56,239 nt of DNA from a virus. Its lineage: Duplodnaviria > Caudoviricetes. The notes under the pieces were generated by a model. It was given only the letters and a program-made list of their open reading frames with translations, did not search any database and was not told the origin of the DNA. The position numbers and the translations under genes were made by a program. This document shows, piece by piece, positions 43,822 to 51,732 of this stretch. Position 1 is the first letter of the stretch. The number at the start of each line of letters is the position of its first letter. The DNA lies in IMG/VR virus record IMGVR_UViG_3300044711_000029, positions 1 through 56,239 of that record. The stretch is one strand, 5' to 3'.

Positions 43822-44039
43822 TCGACAGATCGAGAGCTAATGTAAAACCTCTCACTCTCGTCTGCTCCACCACCGAAGCCGCCGCCATCCTCGACCTGAC
43901 CGAGGAGCGTGTCTTGCAATTCGTCCGCTCCGGCCGCATCGAAGGGCGGCAACTCAAGCGCGAGTGGGTGCTATCGCTCGCCAGCGTTAAGGCGTTTAAG
44001 CGTAGGCCGCGAAAGCAGGGACGGCCGAAAGCGAATTGA
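43818..44039 (+). CDS. HTH_17 (excisionase-like) DNA-binding protein
   Basis: STTEAAAIL.LT..RV.Q....GRI.G...W......GRP. Confidence 0.85.
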   Translation: MIDRSRANVKPLTLVCSTTEAAAILDLTEERVLQFVRSGRIEGRQLKREWVLSLASVKAFKRRPRKQGRPKAN

Positions 44040-44065
44040 CAGGCAGCCCACAACCGTTCTAAGAT
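44036..44065 (+). promoter_or_regulatory. candidate late promoter
   Basis: TTGACA-18nt-TAAGAT at the boundary of early and late gene blocks. Confidence 0.5.
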
Positions 44066-44111
44066 ACGTACTGAATTGGTGGCTCAGTTCCACCCTTGCC
44101 GGTTGACAAGA

Positions 44112-44161
44112 GCCGGCGCTTTTTGCAGTTCACACTGCGCGAGCGCCGGCCTTTCTTTTTT
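44112..44161 (+). terminator. intrinsic terminator downstream of candidate late promoter
   Basis: GCCGGCGCT/AGCGCCGGC stem followed by CTTTCTTTTTT. Confidence 0.75.
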
Positions 44162-44199
44162 GGCTGGCCGCTCCCGCACACCCATAGCAGGAGCCGCCC

Positions 44200-44850
44200 A
44201 TGCCGACTCTCCTCACCCTCGCCGCCGCCGCGTGGTTGCTCGCCGCCCCTGCGACCATCCGCGCGGCAGGGCCGACCAACACGATCCTGCTCGTCACCAA
44301 GTCCGGCTGCTACGAGTTGACAATCGACGCGGCGGGCACGCCAACCGTCGTTGTGGCACCGAAGCAGTATTCGCAGGTGATCGTCCTGGGCGACCAGCCG
44401 GGGCCAAGCCCAAACCCGGTCCCGCCGCCGATTCCACCGGACCCTACGCCGGGGCCGCTGACTCCGCGGGGGGAGCTAATCAAAACAGCGGCGGCGAAGG
44501 TGACTGGCGACCCGAACCGAGCGGCGACGGCGCAGGGCCTGGCGATGCTGTACCGGGCGATAGCGGAGCAGAAGGTGACGGACCAGGCGACGCTGGACAG
44601 CGTGTTGGTCTCTACCACGAACATGCTGCTGCTCCAGCAGAAAGCGGCCGAGCAATGGAAGCCATACCTCAGCGTGTTCAACACGCAGTGGACGGTCGCC
44701 AGGTCCAAGGGCATCGACGACTGTTTGGCCCTCTTAAAAGAATCGGCGGCTGGCTTAGACGCTAGCGCACCGCAGAAGTCTATCAGCCCGGAATTTCTCC
44801 AGTTCATCATGCAACTTATAACGCTGCTCATCTCGCTATTCGCTAAATAA
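44200..44850 (+). CDS. exported Pro-rich protein with C-terminal hydrophobic helix (lysis/envelope candidate)
   Basis: Signal peptide, PGPSPNPVPPPIPP linker, FIMQLITLLISLF tail. Confidence 0.7.
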   Translation: MPTLLTLAAAAWLLAAPATIRAAGPTNTILLVTKSGCYELTIDAAGTPTVVVAPKQYSQVIVLGDQPGPSPNPVPPPIPPDPTPGPLTPRGELIKTAAAKVTGDPNRAATAQGLAMLYRAIAEQKVTDQATLDSVLVSTTNMLLLQQKAAEQWKPYLSVFNTQWTVARSKGIDDCLALLKESAAGLDASAPQKSISPEFLQFIMQLITLLISLFAK

Positions 44851-44852
44851 TC

Positions 44853-45128
44853 ATGCCGAAGTTTCGCAAAAAGCCGGTGGTGATCGAGGCCATCCAATGG
44901 CTCAATAAAAAGATCGTCGTCGCTGACGATGGGAGCGATCCGTTGGAGTGGTTTTTCCAGGCGGAACGGAACGGCAGCATCCAGTTGGCCGGCGACACAC
45001 TCCACATCAAGACGCTTGAGGGCACGATGCGGGCGGACGTTGGAGACTGGATTATCCGCGGCGTAAAAGGCGAACTGTATCCGTGCAAGCCAGACATTTT
45101 TGAAGCAACCTACGAACCAGTGCAATAA
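44853..45128 (+). CDS. conserved phage protein (KFRKKPVVIEA / PGDYG-like family)
   Basis: KFRKKPVVIEA.QW...I.TLEG.M.A..GDWIIRGVKGE.YPCKPDIF..TY. Confidence 0.85.
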   Translation: MPKFRKKPVVIEAIQWLNKKIVVADDGSDPLEWFFQAERNGSIQLAGDTLHIKTLEGTMRADVGDWIIRGVKGELYPCKPDIFEATYEPVQ

Positions 45129-45131
45129 CCA

Positions 45132-46007
45132 ATGCCCGCCATTTGGACCGACCCCGGCAACTCCAGCATCACGTTCCCCACGGGTGCGACCCCGACGCCG
45201 CGGAGCAGGCTGCTCAAGGCGATGCCGTTCCGCGCCCCGCGGATGGCCGTGCCCGCCGAGTTCAGCCATCCTGTGCCAAAATTTCGTAGCTACTTTCACA
45301 ACGACCGCTACGGCATATGCGTGAGCGCGGAGGAGGCTTTCTCTAAGACTTGCGTCAACCCGGAGCTGTTCGACAGCCAAGCCGCCGTTGACCGTCTCGA
45401 CGCCGCCTGTTTCGCTTGGGCCAGCGCGCACCGCGTTCTGAACGGCGCATCGCTGGATGAAGTGCTCGACTGGATGGCCGAGAGAGGCTTTCAGATCGAC
45501 GCGCAGCTCTTCAACGACGGTCCGAAGCTCGGCGTGGACTACGAGAACGAGGCGCTCTTGAAGGCGGCCATCGCTCAGGGTCCGGTCAAGCTCGCGATTG
45601 GGGCCAGCGCACTGCCAGGCGGCGCCGGTAGTCAGGACGGCACGTACGCGCTCAGCGCCAGGAACTACAGCAGCGATCACTCGACGACTTTGCTTGCCTA
45701 CGGCTCGGTCGAATTTTGCTACGAGAAACTCAAACTTCAGGTGCCGTCGGCCATACCGCCGCATACGCCGGGCTACTTGCACTATACGTGGGCGCACATC
45801 GGGTTCGTGACGGGCGCGTGGGTCAAGGGTGCCGCCGACGAGGCGTGGATCAGGCAGCCAACCACGATTGGAATTCCACCGCTGCCAGGGCCGACGCCAC
45901 CGGGACCGGGACCAGACCCAGATCCACTGCCGGTGGACTACCCGAACTTGTCCATCGACAAACCGCTCGCTCCCGGAACGTATGTCTTACTGCCGAAATT
46001 TGGATGA
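45132..46007 (+). CDS. papain-like cysteine peptidase (candidate lysin)
   Basis: ND.YG.CV.A catalytic Cys context, GPV, DH....AY catalytic His context, TW. Confidence 0.6.
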   Translation: MPAIWTDPGNSSITFPTGATPTPRSRLLKAMPFRAPRMAVPAEFSHPVPKFRSYFHNDRYGICVSAEEAFSKTCVNPELFDSQAAVDRLDAACFAWASAHRVLNGASLDEVLDWMAERGFQIDAQLFNDGPKLGVDYENEALLKAAIAQGPVKLAIGASALPGGAGSQDGTYALSARNYSSDHSTTLLAYGSVEFCYEKLKLQVPSAIPPHTPGYLHYTWAHIGFVTGAWVKGAADEAWIRQPTTIGIPPLPGPTPPGPGPDPDPLPVDYPNLSIDKPLAPGTYVLLPKFG

Positions 46008-46032
46008 TCGAAACCACTAACCCAGAAAGAAG

Positions 46033-46218
46033 GTGATCGTGTCCAAGCGTATCTACATCGCCGCTCTTGTCGCCCTGCTGAGTGCTCCCGCGTTCGCTGA
46101 AGCTGGCCCAATCATCCGCGGCTTGCGGGCCGTCAACCAGAACCGTCCGCACCTGATCCGCAAGGCGGTACAAAACCGGCCGCATTTGCTGGGCAGGTTG
46201 TTTGGCTGCGGAGGCTAA
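46033..46218 (+). CDS. small secreted peptide with internal repeat
   Basis: Signal peptide; QNRPHL twice. Confidence 0.6.
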   Translation: MIVSKRIYIAALVALLSAPAFAEAGPIIRGLRAVNQNRPHLIRKAVQNRPHLLGRLFGCGG

Positions 46219-46219
46219 C

Positions 46220-46333
46220 GTGGACGCTCCCCAAGGCAACCGCGTCATTTGGATTGTGCTCGGACTAGGAGCCGTGGCTCTGGCGGTGTTCGTCTGGCGC
46301 GGCTGCCTGGATATGGTGCATCAGGTGTCGTAA
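46220..46333 (+). CDS. 37-aa membrane peptide
   Basis: GGAGG RBS; single TM. Confidence 0.45.
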   Translation: MDAPQGNRVIWIVLGLGAVALAVFVWRGCLDMVHQVS

Positions 46334-46354
46334 TCAATCCGCGAAAGGTGAGTG

Positions 46355-46555
46355 ATGGCAACGACCAAAAAGAAACGCAGCGGACGGCCACCGAATGTCT
46401 ATCGGTGGTCAGGCCGAGGAATTGACGGCAAGGTCATTGCCCATACTCGCAGCGAGGCCCGCGCGATGCTGAAAAAGAAACTTGGCGTTCCGTCAAATGG
46501 AAGGCTCCCTGAATACGTGCTGATTGGCGGTCCAGAGAAATACGTTGCCGCCTAA
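46355..46555 (+). CDS. basic hypothetical protein
   Basis: A.T.SEARA..K motif. Confidence 0.55.
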   Translation: MATTKKKRSGRPPNVYRWSGRGIDGKVIAHTRSEARAMLKKKLGVPSNGRLPEYVLIGGPEKYVAA

Positions 46556-46638
46556 CCCTATTCGGCTTGTAGCCGGGCGATGCCCCTGCCGCTGGCCTGG
46601 GAAGAATGGCGGCGGGGGCTGAATAATTTGAGACCGCG

Positions 46639-46938
46639 ATGGAAATTCACGTTCACATTCACCACCATTCCGATCCCGTTCTGAACGAAGTCGTCAGCCG
46701 GCTAGGAATCATCGAAGGGAAGATTGACGCTATGCACGCAGAAACGAAGCAGTTGGTCGTCGAACTAAACGACGCCACGAATGTTCTGGCAGCGAAGCTC
46801 GACACGCTGATCGCCAACGCAGCGGAAGGTCTGACCAAGGAAGAGGCGGTCGCCCACAACGCGGAACTGACCGCCCTGCGTGACCACCTGCGAGCGATGG
46901 GCTCCGATCCTGCCAATCCGCTGCCGCCGACTCCCTAA
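46639..46938 (+). CDS. coiled-coil protein with His-rich N-terminus
   Basis: IHVHIHHH then heptad pattern, DP.NP tail. Confidence 0.7.
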   Translation: MEIHVHIHHHSDPVLNEVVSRLGIIEGKIDAMHAETKQLVVELNDATNVLAAKLDTLIANAAEGLTKEEAVAHNAELTALRDHLRAMGSDPANPLPPTP

Positions 46939-47038
46939 CACCCAATCCCTCTTGGCGCCTTGGGGCGAGAGGGAGCTTTGCTGCCACCCGCCGGCTGGCA
47001 TTCGCTGGCCGGCGGGATATTTACAAAGGACAATCCCA

Positions 47039-47257
47039 ATGCCACGTCCCGCCCAAGCCCCGACAATTTCCGGCACACTCGCTGCCGTCAACAAGCGAGT
47101 CATCACCGTCTCGCACACTGGCGGGAAAGCGAACACGCTGCACAACATCTACCCGGACGCGACGATCACTCGCAACGGCTCAGTGGTGACGCTGAGCGAG
47201 TTGCACCTTGGGGATTTGGTGAGCGGGGATGAAACACACATAAATGCGAGTGGGTAA
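47039..47257 (+). CDS. small beta-rich hypothetical protein
   Basis: AAGGA RBS; A.IT.NG....L..L..GD.V. Confidence 0.6.
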   Translation: MPRPAQAPTISGTLAAVNKRVITVSHTGGKANTLHNIYPDATITRNGSVVTLSELHLGDLVSGDETHINASG

Positions 47258-47332
47258 ACTCCGTGACCCCATCGCGGGACAACGTTGTCGATTTTCACCT
47301 CGCCCGCGGTGGGGATTTGAAAGGGAAGAACA

Positions 47333-47545
47333 ATGGTCATCACGATTGCCGGTCTGGTGTCGCTCATCGTCACGTTGCTGGTATTCGGCTGCATCGTGGG
47401 CCTGCTTTTTTATCTAATTTCAATCGTCCCAATTCCTGATCCTTACCGCGGCTGGATAAAGGTGTTACTGCAAGTCCTGGTGGTACTTGTGCTCATTGGC
47501 ATGTTGCTGGGATTTGTTGGCTATCCAATCGTAAGAATTCGCTGA
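47333..47545 (+). CDS. two-TM membrane protein (holin candidate)
   Basis: Two hydrophobic helices separated by IPDP. Confidence 0.7.
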   Translation: MVITIAGLVSLIVTLLVFGCIVGLLFYLISIVPIPDPYRGWIKVLLQVLVVLVLIGMLLGFVGYPIVRIR

Positions 47546-47547
47546 CC

Positions 47548-47580
47548 ATGCTCCTCCGCCTCTACCGCGACGAACAATGA
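47548..47580 (+). pseudogene. remnant N-terminus of a pilin-like gene (MLLRLYRDEQ)
   Basis: Matches the leader pattern of MIKKLWHDES at 48209. Confidence 0.45.
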
Positions 47581-48212
47581 ACACCATCGCGATTTACCGC
47601 CGCCGCATCTCCCGCAGTCTCGAAGGCTGCCGGTTCAAGCCATCGCTGCGGTTGTGCATGTTCGAGCAAGGCTTTTGCTTGGACCTGTTCGGTTTTCTCA
47701 TTGCGCTGCCATTCCTTGACCGCTACCACCGTGACCCGGAAGAAATGATGGAGGCGTGGGGCGTTTACTACGACCTCGATTATCCGGCGATCGTGTGGTG
47801 TTGTGGCGACCGCACCAAGTTCTTTCGGATGCCGTGGGAATTTGTCCATATCAAAACCGACGTGCGACGGCCGGACGGCACGTGGGCGAAGCGTGTCCAG
47901 TGTTATGAGACGGGCGAGTCGGACGGGCGAGAGGAGCTACGCCTGCCGTATCGCTACGTGATGCGGCGGGGAGAAGTGCAAGAGCGCACGGCAACCGTCT
48001 ATGTCGAGCGAATGGAATGGCGGCGACGGTGGACGAAATGGCTTCCATGCTTTGCTAAGGTTCGCCAATCAATTGAAGTCTCTTTCAACGATGAAGTCGG
48101 TGAAGAAACCGGCTCATGGAAAGGCGGCTGCATCGGTTGCGGCTATGACATGCTGCCCGGCGAAACGCCAGAGCAATGCCTGAGGCGCATGGAACGGGAG
48201 AGGAAATTTTGA
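47577..48212 (+). CDS. conserved phage hypothetical protein
   Basis: EWR.RW...I.V.F.DEVGE..GSWKGG..GC.Y....GETP...LRRME.ER.F. Confidence 0.75.
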   Translation: MNTIAIYRRRISRSLEGCRFKPSLRLCMFEQGFCLDLFGFLIALPFLDRYHRDPEEMMEAWGVYYDLDYPAIVWCCGDRTKFFRMPWEFVHIKTDVRRPDGTWAKRVQCYETGESDGREELRLPYRYVMRRGEVQERTATVYVERMEWRRRWTKWLPCFAKVRQSIEVSFNDEVGEETGSWKGGCIGCGYDMLPGETPEQCLRRMERERKF

Positions 48213-48541
48213 TTAAGAAACTTTGGCACGACGAATCCGGCTTTATCATCAGCGCTGAGCTCGTGCTGATCCTTGTGCTGCTCGTGATCGGCCTGACCGT
48301 CGCTCTGACCGCCTTGCGTGACGCCCTGATTGGTGAACTGGCCGGTACAGCGAACTCCCTGAGCCGCCTCGACCAGTCCTACCGCATCCCCGCTGTCGTC
48401 GGCCGCAACGGCTCCATGACCGCTGGCTCATTGTTCACGGACGTTCTGCCGCCGCCCATTGGCCAAGTGCAGGCCGTAGAAGTGCCGCCGCAGTGGCAGG
48501 GTGAGCGGTGTATTCAGGTGGGAGGGATAGCGCTGCCGTGA
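48209..48541 (+). CDS. Flp/type IVb pilin-like protein
   Basis: LW.DESG|FIISAELVLI prepilin-type leader and hydrophobic helix, ...EL...LDQSY; GGAGAGG RBS with TTG start. Confidence 0.7.
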   Translation: MIKKLWHDESGFIISAELVLILVLLVIGLTVALTALRDALIGELAGTANSLSRLDQSYRIPAVVGRNGSMTAGSLFTDVLPPPIGQVQAVEVPPQWQGERCIQVGGIALP

Positions 48542-48930
48542 CAGAGCCAACGCCAACCGACGATCCAAAGGCAGCAGTAATCGCCGATGCGATCATTGCC
48601 GCCGCGGTGAAACTGGCCGCAGCAAAACTGGCTGACGCGCAGGTCGTTGCCGAAGCAAGAGTAGCCGCGGAATTGAAAGTTGCCGAAGCCAGAACTGCGG
48701 AGAAAAAAGACTCACGTGAAACTTTGAAGGCCGTTTATTTACCGATTGCCCTAGCGGCGCTTGTGGCGTTCCCCGGCATCATTGCAGCCTACAGGATCAA
48801 CGTCACGGAAGCGAAGGTCGACATCGTTCACGCGGCAGTCAATAGCCGGCTGACTGAGTTGTTAGAACTCGCGAAGAAGAACAGCCGGGCAGAAGGGGTG
48901 ACGGAGGGGCGAGCCGAGGGGAAAAAATGA
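48538..48930 (+). CDS. membrane protein (holin-like)
   Basis: One TM, then VH..VNSR...AEG...G motif. Confidence 0.6.
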   Translation: MTEPTPTDDPKAAVIADAIIAAAVKLAAAKLADAQVVAEARVAAELKVAEARTAEKKDSRETLKAVYLPIALAALVAFPGIIAAYRINVTEAKVDIVHAAVNSRLTELLELAKKNSRAEGVTEGRAEGKK

Positions 48931-49229
48931 CACATGAAGCACTAGCACCGGCACCAGTGCCTCCATTTCCTCCTGACCCGTGGCCGGAGCGAATCAAGGC
49001 GTTCTTCGCCGGGATGGGAGACCTCACGAGAAGCGTCAAAGACTTGGCGCTGATTATCCTGATGATCGTCGGCGGCTACCAGCAGAGCAACATTGCAACA
49101 CAGCAGCAAGCGATTAAGGCCACTGTGGATTCGACAGAGAAGAAAGCTGACACCGCGGCCGTCGTAGCTCAGGAAGTCAAAAAGGATTTGAAGGCTGCCT
49201 CGTCGGCGGCTGAGAAGGTGGACCCGTAG
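48927..49229 (+). CDS. membrane protein with coiled coil
   Basis: Single TM LALIILMIVGG. Confidence 0.6.
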   Translation: MTHEALAPAPVPPFPPDPWPERIKAFFAGMGDLTRSVKDLALIILMIVGGYQQSNIATQQQAIKATVDSTEKKADTAAVVAQEVKKDLKAASSAAEKVDP

Positions 49230-49254
49230 CAGGAAGCGTGGATGTCAAGGTGCG

Positions 49255-49515
49255 ATGTTATCACTCGAACAATGGCTGGCGGTTATCGGTGTGCAGGCGA
49301 CTTTCGGCATTGCCGCTGTTGGCGCATTGCTCGCGTGGTCAAGTCGAATCGTGCGACTTGAGGAGCGGGTGAGAACGCTGCGGCGAGACGTGGACTGCCT
49401 AGAGAATGAATTTGACGCCCTCGACAGACAGAAGGATTCGATCCCATATAAGGCCCGCAAAAAACGGCAGAACGATTGGCCTTCGCCGTCTGAGAAATCT
49501 GAGGAAGCCGGATGA
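49255..49515 (+). CDS. membrane protein with coiled coil
   Basis: N-terminal TM, RI..LE..V..L. Confidence 0.6.
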   Translation: MLSLEQWLAVIGVQATFGIAAVGALLAWSSRIVRLEERVRTLRRDVDCLENEFDALDRQKDSIPYKARKKRQNDWPSPSEKSEEAG

Positions 49516-50021
49516 TGTTTGAAACGCACCTGATGCTCGTTGGCTTGTGGACCGTGGCCGGGTTTGCCTACGTGTTGCATCGGTACGGCATGGAGCGACC
49601 AGCTAACGCGATGATGTTCGGCGTCGTCTTGGGGCTCAGCGGGCTGGCTGAGTGGAACCATCATCGGCCCACGCCGGCAATTGCCAGCCTCCAGCCTCCA
49701 GCCTCCAGCGTGCAGGCTTCAGCCTCAACCCTCCAGCCTCTAGGCTCCAGCCTCCAGGCTCGTAAGTTCGTCGCCAGCCGCAACGGCAGCGTCTATCACC
49801 TGCCGACGTGCGAACATTATGTGCCGCATATGGTCGGGAAGATTTGGTACGCCAGCGTGGCGGAAGCCGTGGCCGATCACAAGCAGCCGTGCAAAGAGTG
49901 CCTCGGCCGGCTAGTCGCCTTTAGTCCGCAGCCGTTCCACGAGCATCCCGCAGACGAATCCAAAGACGAACAAGATGCCGCCGACGATAGCGGTGGTGAG
50001 CACAGCGCAGCCCTCCCCTAG
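49512..50021 (+). CDS. membrane protein with Ada-type metal-binding domain and heptamer-repeat linker
   Basis: Two TM helices; FVAS..GSVYH...C...EA.....PCKEC. Confidence 0.7.
   Translation: MMFETHLMLVGLWTVAGFAYVLHRYGMERPANAMMFGVVLGLSGLAEWNHHRPTPAIASLQPPASSVQASASTLQPLGSSLQARKFVASRNGSVYHLPTCEHYVPHMVGKIWYASVAEAVADHKQPCKECLGRLVAFSPQPFHEHPADESKDEQDAADDSGGEHSAALP
49685..49761. repeat. 11 x 7-bp tandem repeat, consensus CAGCCTC
   Basis: Directly visible. Confidence 0.9.
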
Positions 50022-50055
50022 CAACATCGGCACTTCAGGCAAAGGAATGCAGAAA

Positions 50056-50277
50056 ATGTCAGACCGCGACCAACTCCGAAACGCCTTGCGGCATGTGCTA
50101 GCCCTGGCACCAACAGACGGGCATGGGAAGCGGTTTATTGAAATAGAACACGGCAGCAGTCCCTACAACAGGATGCCGGTCGCATTCCCCGAAGCGTTTG
50201 ACGTGGCAGCAAGGCTGCTCGATGAGGAGGATGACGATATTGAGGCAGTGAATCGTTCGGGAAGTATGGGGTATTGA
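50056..50277 (+). CDS. hypothetical protein
   Basis: AAGGA RBS. Confidence 0.55.
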   Translation: MSDRDQLRNALRHVLALAPTDGHGKRFIEIEHGSSPYNRMPVAFPEAFDVAARLLDEEDDDIEAVNRSGSMGY

Positions 50278-50281
50278 ATGA

Positions 50282-50584
50282 ATGGCAGCTCGTAAGAATT
50301 GGAAGAAAGGATTGCGAGTCAAGTATTGCGAGTCGGTTGGACGCTGTGACAAACACGCCGGAATGGCAAAGAGGATTGTCGAGCGTTCGCCGGACGCCTG
50401 GTACATCCAGGTGTGCATTTGTGCTAAATGGCGTGCCCTGATGAATCTTCCATTCCAACGCGAGAAAGACGCCTTGCGAGCGGTTCACGCTTTGACGGCG
50501 GCTGGTTTGGATTCCGCGACAGCGATGGAGAGGGCGGGGCCGATGGCGGTCAAACAAGTGGCGTGTGAGTTTTTGCAATGGTGA
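50282..50584 (+). CDS. hypothetical protein, paralog of 35369-35680
   Basis: F.RE.DA..A..AL..AGL...LQW. Confidence 0.65.
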   Translation: MAARKNWKKGLRVKYCESVGRCDKHAGMAKRIVERSPDAWYIQVCICAKWRALMNLPFQREKDALRAVHALTAAGLDSATAMERAGPMAVKQVACEFLQW

Positions 50585-50610
50585 GAGACGCGAAATAGAA
50601 AGGAACGACG

Positions 50611-50871
50611 ATGGCAATTCTCAGCGACCCTGACCGGCTGGCCGGAGCGGCAGATTTCAGCGGCGACATATCCGCTGCCCGCGAAGCTATTGCCGTCTGC
50701 ATTAAGACTGACATTCGCGCCGCCTTCAATGCCCTCGACCAATACCTGAGCGACAACGCCGTGGCGATCAACAACGTGCTACCGGCAGCTGCCAAGGCAA
50801 ACTTGACGGTGCCGCAAAAGGCCAGGCTGCTCTTGGCGGTGATTCGGAAACGATACCTGACGGGAACTTAA
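50611..50871 (+). CDS. small putative virion protein
   Basis: K.D.RAA..A.D......N..LP..A...LT..QKA.L; AAGGA RBS. Confidence 0.65.
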   Translation: MAILSDPDRLAGAADFSGDISAAREAIAVCIKTDIRAAFNALDQYLSDNAVAINNVLPAAAKANLTVPQKARLLLAVIRKRYLTGT

Positions 50872-50881
50872 TACGATACAC

Positions 50882-50937
50882 ACAGGGCTAGGCTCGCTAC
50901 CGAACGAGCGTTTTTCCGCAAGACGCTTCCGCCCTGT
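50882..50937 (+). ncRNA. compact structured cis-element (three-way-junction-like)
   Basis: ACAGGGC/GCCCTGT closing stem, AGG..CCGAA, and GAGCG/CGCTT inner stem. Confidence 0.5.
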
Positions 50938-50976
50938 AACACAAACCAAATTGCGGATAACCAGCGGAGGTGTGGA

Positions 50977-51207
50977 ATGAAGAAAGTCGAGATTACGTGC
51001 GACAATTGCGGGAAGGATTTGAGGCACACAAATTTTGAAGATGAATTCAGGCTAGTTCTGTCCTGTGAACCGAAGTCTCACCCCGGCGACGGGGCTACAA
51101 CGTATGCGACTGGATTCGAGCCCGATATCAACCGACAACACCACTTTTGCGACATGCGATGTTTGGGAGACTGGTTAAAAAACAGGGGTAGCTCCCCTCA
51201 ACCTTAA
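50977..51207 (+). CDS. small zinc-binding protein
   Basis: CDNC...HFC...CL..W; GGAGG RBS. Confidence 0.7.
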   Translation: MKKVEITCDNCGKDLRHTNFEDEFRLVLSCEPKSHPGDGATTYATGFEPDINRQHHFCDMRCLGDWLKNRGSSPQP

Positions 51208-51237
51208 TGCCAAGCGGAAGGCTGCGGACTATGAACC

Positions 51238-51732
51238 GTGGCTTCAGGAAATACCCTCGGAACTTTTTTTCCGGCTGACAACGAGCCGCCAGCGGCGAAC
51301 TACGCCACGCTGGACCTGCGCAACGGACATCCGGTTCTAGACTTCGATGACACCACGCAGGAGGCTGCAATCTTTTCCGGCCGAATGCCGCAGCATTACG
51401 CGGGCGGAAATATCATCTGCAAAATCAACTGCACGTTGACCAGCGCGACCACGGGGACGGTGGGCTGGGACGTGACGATCGAGCGGGATGCGGACGGTGG
51501 CGACGACATGGATTCCGACCAGTACGCCACAGCCAAAACAGTTACGGCCGTCACCGTGCCGGGCACAAGTGGCGTCAAAAAGGAACTGAGCGTGACGCTC
51601 ACGGCTGGGGCGACGGATACTGACTCGCTCGCCGCGGGCGATGACTTCCGTGTGCGGATTCGTCGCGACGTGGCCAATGACACCGCGACGGGGGATGGCG
51701 AATTTTGGAGCCTAGAATTGCGTGAGGCATAA
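51238..51732 (+). CDS. putative virion structural protein
   Basis: Thr/Asp-rich beta protein coupled to the LamG gene. Confidence 0.6.
   Translation: MASGNTLGTFFPADNEPPAANYATLDLRNGHPVLDFDDTTQEAAIFSGRMPQHYAGGNIICKINCTLTSATTGTVGWDVTIERDADGGDDMDSDQYATAKTVTAVTVPGTSGVKKELSVTLTAGATDTDSLAAGDDFRVRIRRDVANDTATGDGEFWSLELREA

Noticed and set aside
42702-44042. Direct repeats flanking the second promoter cassette (AAAGCGTTTGCAG versus AAAGCGAATTGACAG)
   Set aside because: Needs two gaps in about 14 nt; could easily be chance
44310-45797. 495-aa minus-strand ORF (also 7236-8246, 369-1169, 30664-31404, 24438-25139)
   Set aside because: Antisense shadows of well-supported plus-strand genes in GC-rich DNA, with no motifs of their own
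28067-46030. Dispersed TAACCCA(GAAGG) motif as a regulatory site
   Set aside because: Explained by stop codon plus C-rich spacer plus RBS; few and degenerate copies
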